A stretch of 64,000 nucleotides of DNA, from the NCBI GenBank assembly GCA_964057225.1, contig OZ059898.1:18662001-18726000 (forward strand), in the 5' to 3' direction. The first letter of the stretch is position 1. The number at the start of each line of letters is the position of its first letter. This stretch comes from Auanema rhodensis. Its lineage: Eukaryota > Animalia > Nematoda. Made by a program: the position numbers and the translations under genes. Below, in pieces: positions 57,401 through 64,000 of this stretch. Under the pieces are notes generated by a model. It saw nothing but the letters and a program-made list of their open reading frames with translations. It had not been told where the DNA came from and searched no databases.

Positions 57401-60015
57401 TGAAAGATAAAGGGATGCGGTTTTCAAAATTAGATTCCCTATGTCCATACTAGTCTAAAAACAAATTATTATTGATATTGGTGCATGGTAACCATGACTT
57501 TAAAATTAACGTGAACTTTAATTTATGCTAATTAAGTGTACACATGATGTGCACTTGGTATGTAACTCGCTTCACGTCAAAGATAAACAGATGCGGTTTT
57601 CAAAATTAGATTCCCCATGTCCATATTAGTCTAAAAACAAATTTTTGTTGATATTGGTGGATGGTAACCATGACTTTCAAATTTACGTGAACTTCAATTT
57701 ATGCTAATTAAGTGTACACGTGATGTGCACTTGGTATGTAACTCGCTTCGCGTCAACGATAAAGAGATGCGGTTTTCAAAATTAGATTCCCCATGTCCAT
57801 ATTAGTCTAAAAACAAATTTTTATTAATATTGGTGCATGGTAACCATGACTTTGAAATTCACGTGAACTTTAATTTATGCTAATTAAGTGTACACGTGAT
57901 GTGCACTTGGTATGTAACTCGCTTCATGTGAAAGATAAAGAGATGCGGTTTTCAAAATTAGATTCCCCATGTCCATATTAGTCTAAAAACAAATTTTTAT
58001 TAATATTGGTGCATGGTAACCATGACTTTGAAATTTACGTGAACTTCAATTTATGCTAATTAAGTGTACACGTGATGTGCACTTGGTATGTAACTCGCTT
58101 CGCGTCAACGATAAAGAGATGCGGTTTTCAAAATTAGATTCCCCATGTCCATATTAGTCTAAAAACAAATTTTTATTAATATTGGTGCATGGTAACCATG
58201 ACTTTGAAATTTACGTGAACTTTAATTTATGCTAATTAAGTGTACACGTGATGTGCACTTGGTATGTAACTCGCTTCATGTGAAAGATAAAGAGATGCGG
58301 TTTTCAAAATTAGATTTAGCATGTCCATATTAGTCTAAAAACAAATTTTTATTGATATTGGTGCATGGTAACCATGACTTTGAAATTTACGTGAACTTTA
58401 ATTTATGCTAATTAAGTGTACACGTGATGTGCACTTGGTATGTAACTCGCTTCACAAGAAAGATAAAGAGATGCGGTTTTCAAAATTAGATTCCCCATGT
58501 CCATATTAGTCTAAAAACAAATTTTTATTGATATTGGTGCATGGTAACCATGACTTTGAAATTTACGTGAACTTTAATTTATGCTAATTAAGTGTACACG
58601 TGATGTGCACTTGGTATGTAACTCGCTTCATGTGAAAGATAAAGAGATGCGGTTTTCAAAATTAGATTCCGCATGTCCATATTAGCCTAAAAACAAATTT
58701 TTATTGATATTGGTGCATGGTAACCATGACTTTGAAGTTTACGTGAACTTTAATTTATGCTAATTAAGTGTACACATGATGTGCACTTGGTATGTAACTC
58801 GCTTCACGTCAAAGATAAAGAGATGCAGTTTTCAAAATTAGATTTCGCATGTCCATATTAGTCTAAAAACAAATTTTTATTGATATTGGTGCATGGTAAC
58901 CATGACTTTGAAATTTACGTGAACTTTAATTTATGCTAATTAAGTGTACACGTGATGTGCACTTGGTATATAACTCGCTTCACGTGAAAGATGAAGAGAT
59001 GCGGTTTTCAAAATTAGGTTCCCCATGTCCATATTAGTCTAAAAACAAATTTTTATTGATATTGGTGCATGGTAACCATGACTTTGAAATTTACGTGAAC
59101 TTTAATTTATGCTAATTAAGTGTACACGTGATGTGCACTTGGTATGTAACTCGCTTCACAAGAAAGATAAAGAGATGCGGTTTTCAAAATTAGATTCCCC
59201 ATGTCCATATTAGTCTAAAAACAAATTTTTATTGATATTGGTGCATGGTAACCATGACTTTGAAATTTACGTGAACTTTAATTTATGCTAATTAAGTGTA
59301 CACATGATGTGCACTTGGTATGTAACTCGCTTCACGTGAAAGATAAAGGGATGCGGTTTTCAAAATTAGATTCCCTATGTCCATACTAGTCTAAAAACAA
59401 ATTATTATTGATATTGGTGCATGGTAACCATGACTTTAAAATTAACGTGAACTTTAATTTATGCTAATTAAGTGTACACATGATGTGCACTTGGTATGTA
59501 ACTCGCTTCACGTCAAAGATAAACAGATGCGGTTTTCAAAATTAGATTCCCCATGTCCATATTAGTCTAAAAACAAATTTTTGTTGATATTGGTGGATGG
59601 TAACCATGACTTTCAAATTTACGTGAACTTCAATTTATGCTAATTAAGTGTACACGTGATGTGCACTTGGTATGTAACTCGCTTCGCGTCAACGATAAAG
59701 AGATGCGGTTTTCAAAATTAGATTCCCCATGTCCATATTAGTCTAAAAACAAATTTTTATTAATATTGGTGCATGGTAACCATGACTTTGAAATTCACGT
59801 GAACTTTAATTTATGCTAATTAAGTGTACACGTGATGTGCACTTGGTATGTAACTCGCTTCATGTGAAAGATAAAGAGATGCGGTTTTCAAAATTAGATT
59901 TAGCATGTCCATATTAGTCTAAAAACAAATTTTTATTGATATTGGTGCATGGTAACCATGACTTTGAAATTTACGTGAACTTTAATTTATGCTAATTAAG
60001 TGTACACGTGATGTG
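53600..60015 (+). repeat. Nine-monomer (1584-bp) higher-order repeat, about four copies, one of them 11 monomers long
   Basis: GGTATATAAC at 53866, 55450, 57034, 58970 and GAAGTTT at 53633, 55217, 56801, 58737. Both give spacings of 1584, 1584 and 1936 bp. Confidence 0.9.
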
Positions 60016-63000
60016 CACTTGGTATGTAACTCGCTTCATGTGAAAGATAAAGAGATGCGGTTTTCAAAATTAGATTCCGCATGTCCATATTAGTCTAAAA
60101 ACAAATTTTTATTGATATTGGTGCATGGTAACCATGAATTTGAAATTTACGTGAACTTTAATTTATGCTAATTAAGTGTACACGTGATGTGCACTTGGTA
60201 TGTAACTCGCTTCATGTGAAAGATAAAGAGATGCGGTTTTCAAAATTAGATTCCTCATGTCCATATTAGTCTAAAAACAAATTTTTATTGATATTGGTGC
60301 ATGGTAACCATGAATTTGAAATTTACGTGTACTTTAATTTATGCTAATTAAGTGTACACATGATGTGCACTTGGTATGTAACTCGCTTCACGTCAAAGAT
60401 AAAGAGATGCGGTTTTCAAAATTAGATTCCCCATGTCCATATTAGTCTAAAAACAAATTTTTATTAATATTGGTGCATGGTAACCATGACTTTGAAATTT
60501 ACGTGAACTTTAATTTATGCTTATTAAGTGTACACGTGATGTGCACTTGGTATGTAACTCGCTTCACGTGAAAGATAAAGGGATGCGGTTTTCAAAATTA
60601 GATTCCCCATGTCCATATTAGTCTAGAAACAAATTATTATTGATATTGGTGCATGGCAACCATGACTTTAAAATTAACGTGAACTTTAATTTATGCTAAT
60701 TAAGTGTACACATGATGTGCACTTGGTATGTAACTCGCTTCACGTCAAAGATAAACAGATGCGGTTTTCAAAATTAGAATCCCCATGTCCATATTAGTCT
60801 AAAAACAAATTTTTATTGATATTGGTGCATGGTAACCATGACTTTGAAATTTACGTGAAATTTAATTTATGCTAATTAAGTGTACACATGATGTGCCCTT
60901 GGTATGTAACTCGCTTCACGTGAAAGATAAAGAGATGCGGTTTTCGAAATTAGATTCCGCATGTCCATATTAGTCTAAAAACAAATTTTTATTGTTATTG
61001 GTGCATGGTAACCATGACTTTGAAATTTACGTGAACTTTAATTTATGCTAATTAAGTGTACACGTGATGTGCACTTGGTATGTAACTCGCTTCACGTGAA
61101 AGATAAAGAGATGCGGTTTTCAAAATTAGATTCCCCATGTCCATATTAGTCTAAAAACAAATTTTTATTGATATTGGTGCATGGTAACCATGACTTTGAA
61201 ATTTACGTGAACTTTAATTTATGCTAATTAAGTGTACACATGATGTGCACTTGGTATGTAACTCGCTTCACGTCAAAGATAAAGAGATGCAGTTTTCAAA
61301 ATTAGATTCCCCATGTCCATATTAGTCTAAAAACAAATTTTTATTGATATTGGTGCATGGTAACCATGACTTTGAAATTTACGTGAACTTTAATTTATGC
61401 TAATTAAGTGTACACGTGATGTGCACTTGGTATGTAACTCGCTTCATGTGAAAGATAAAGAGATGCGGTTTTCAAAATTAGATTCCGCATGTCCATATTA
61501 GTCTAAAAACAAATTTTTATTGATATTGGTGCATGGCAACCATGACTTTAAAATTTACGTGTACTTTAATTTATGCTAATTAAGTGTACACATGATGTGC
61601 ACTTGGTATGTAACTCGCTTCACGTCAAAGATAAAGAGATGCGGTTTTCAAAATTAGATTCCCCATGTCCATATTAGTCTAAAAACAAATTTTTATTGAT
61701 ATTGGTGCATGGTAACCATGACTTTAAAATTAACGTGTACTTTAATTTATGCTAATTAAGTGTACACATGATGTGCACTTGGTATGTAACTCGCTTCACG
61801 TCAAAGATAAACAGATGCGGTTTTCAAAATTAGATTCCGCATGTCCATATTAGTCTAAAAACAAATTTTTATTGATATTGGTGCATGGTAACCATGACTT
61901 TGAAATTTACGTGAACTTTAATTTATGCTAATTAAGTGTACACATGATGTGCACTTGGTATGTAACTCGCTTCACGTCAAAGATAAAGAGATGCGGTTTT
62001 CAAAATTAGATTTCGCATGTCCATATTAGTCTAAAAACAAATTTTTATTGATATTGGTGCATGGTAACCATGACTTTGAAATTTACGTGAACTTTAATTT
62101 ATGCTAATTAAGTGTACACGTGATGTGCACTTGGTATGTAACTCGCTTCACGTGAAAGATGAAGAGATGCGGTTTTCAAAATTAGGTTCCCCATGTCCAT
62201 ATCAGTCTAAAAACAAATTTTTATTGATATTGGTGCATGGCAACCATGACTTTAAAATTTACGTGTACTTTAATTTATGCTAATTAAGTGTACACATGAT
62301 GTGCACTTGGTATGTAACTCGCTTCACGAGAAAGATAAAAAGGTGCGGTTTTCAAAATTAGATTCCCCATGTCCATATTGGTCTAAAAACAAATTTTTAT
62401 TAATATTGGTGCATGGTAACCATGACTTTGAAATTTACGTGAACTTTAATTTATGCTAATTAAGTGTACACGTGATGTGCACTTGGTATGTAACTCGCTT
62501 CACGTGAAAGATAAAGAGATGCGGTTTTCAAAATTAGATTCCCCATGTCCATATTAGTCTAAAAACAAATTTTTATTGATATTGGTGCATGGCAACCATG
62601 ACTTTGAAATTTACGTGTACTTTAATTTATGCTAATTAAGTGTACACATGATGTGCACTTGGTATGTAACTCGCTTCACGAGAAAGATAAAAAGGTGCGG
62701 TTTTCAAATTTAGATTTCGCGTGTCCATATTAGTCTAAAAACAAATTTTTATTGATATTGGTGCATGGTAACCATGACTTTGAAATTTACGTGAACTTTA
62801 ATTTATGCTAATTAAGTGTACACGTGATGTGCACTTGGTATGTAACTCGCTTCACGTGAAAGATAAAGAGATGCGGTTTTCAAAATTAGATTCCGCATGT
62901 CCATATTAGTCTAAAAACAAATTTTTATTGATATTGGTGCATGGTAACCATGACTTTGAAATTTACGTGAACTTTAATTTATGCTAATTAAGTGTACACG

Positions 63001-64000
63001 TGATGTGCACTTGGAAAGTAACTCGCTTCACGTGAAAGATAAAGAGATGCGGTTTTCAAAATTAGATTCCCCATGTCCATATTAGTCTAAAAACAAATTT
63101 TTATTGATATTGGTGCATGGTAACCATGACTTTGAAATTTACGTGAACTTTAATTTATGCTAATTAAGTGTACACATGATGTGCACTTGGTATGTAACTC
63201 GCTTCACGAGAAAGATAAAAAGATGCGGTTTTCAAATTTAGATTTCGCGTGTCCATATTAGTCTAAAAACAAATTTTTATTGATATTGGTGCATGGTAAC
63301 CATGACTTTGAAATTTACGTGAACTTTAATTTATGCTAATTAAGTGTACACGTGATGTGCACTTGGTATGTAACTCGCTTCACGTGAAAGATAAAGAGAT
63401 GCGGTTTTCAAAATTAGATTCCTCATGTTCATATTAGTCTAAAAACGAATTTTTATTGATATTGATGCATGGTAACCATGACTTTAAAATTTACGTGAAC
63501 TTTAATTTATGCTAATTAAGTGTACACATGATGTGCACTTGGTATGTAACTCGCTTCACGTCAAAGATAAAGAGATGCGGTTTTCAAAATTAGATTCCCC
63601 ATGTCCATATTAGTCTAAAAACAATTTTTTATCGATATTGGTGCATGGTAACCATGACTTTGAAATTTACGTGAACTTTAATTTATGCTAATTAAGTGTA
63701 CACATGATGTGCATTTGGTATGTAACTCGCTTCACGTGAAAGATAAAGAGATGCGGTTTTCAAAATTAGATTCCGCATGTCCATATTAGTCTAAAAACAA
63801 ATTTTTATTGATATTGGTGCATGGCAACCATGACTTTAAAATTTAGGTGTACTTTAATTTATGCTAATTAAGTGTACACGTGATGTGCACTTGGTATGTA
63901 ACTCGCTTCATGTGAAAGATAAAGAGATGCGGTTTTCAAAATTAGATTCCTCATGTTCATATTAGTCTAAAAACGAATTTTTATTGATATTGATGCATGG

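Larger units (their letters stand above)
1..64000 (+). repeat. 176-bp tandem satellite DNA array (~363.6 monomers, head-to-tail, runs off both window edges); centromere-like by size and homogeneity; family not recognised
   Basis: The motif CACT(T/C)GGTATGTAACTCGC recurs at 1, 177, 353, 529 and onward. Line starts return to the same phase every 2640 bp (15 x 176), e.g. 2641, 5281, 7921. The phase shifts only at three 1-bp indels. The two supplied ORFs start 176 bp apart (62101, 62277). The satellite call is direct; centromeric function is inference only. Confidence 0.99.

Noticed and set aside
62101-62283. 60-aa ORF as a protein-coding gene
   Set aside because: It is a satellite monomer read through a TAG>CAG change. 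It has no unique flanking sequence or recognisable domain, and nearly all other copies keep the stop.
62277-62459. Second 60-aa ORF as a protein-coding gene
   Set aside because: It is the next monomer with TAG>TGG. The same reasoning applies.
1-64000. CRISPR array or repeat-plus-variable-cassette system
   Set aside because: There are no unique spacers. The entire 176 bp is repeated with only scattered SNPs, and there are no cas, recombinase or reverse transcriptase ORFs.
1-64000. Tandem RNA gene array (5S rRNA, tRNA, snRNA, spliced leader) or rDNA spacer subrepeats
   Set aside because: I see no recognisable 5S, tRNA or snRNA sequence or cloverleaf, and no gene-versus-spacer contrast in conservation. 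An Rfam/Infernal search would settle it.
1-64000. Hidden insertion, transposon fragment or strand inversion within the array
   Set aside because: Monomer phase at each 2640-bp checkpoint is fully explained by three 1-bp indels, and I saw no non-satellite or reverse-oriented segment.

Overview
The whole 64 kb window is one uninterrupted, head-to-tail, single-orientation tandem satellite array of about 363.6 copies of a 176-bp AT-rich monomer (~33% GC by hand count of the consensus). Consensus from position 1: CACTTGGTATGTAACTCGCTTCACGTGAAAGATAAAGAGATGCGGTTTTCAAAATTAGATTCCCCATGTCCATATTAGTCTAAAAACAAATTTTTATTGATATTGGTGCATGGTAACCATGACTTTGAAATTTACGTGAACTTTAATTTATGCTAATTAAGTGTACAC(G/A)TGATGTG. Monomers differ from the consensus at roughly 0-8 sites. 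I found only three 1-bp indels (one insertion near 9540, two deletions near 23038 and 30253). I saw no genes, RNA genes, transposon insertions, inversions or CRISPR spacers. The two listed ORFs are satellite monomers that have lost a stop codon. Unit size and homogeneity resemble a eukaryotic centromeric or pericentromeric satellite, but I do not recognise the family or organism. I cannot support a new gene-based system here. The informative signal is in the pattern of variants: nested block duplications of 3 to ~39 monomers that can be partly ordered in time, a young 9-monomer higher-order repeat, regional variant domains, and a dyad/ACGT-rich monomer.
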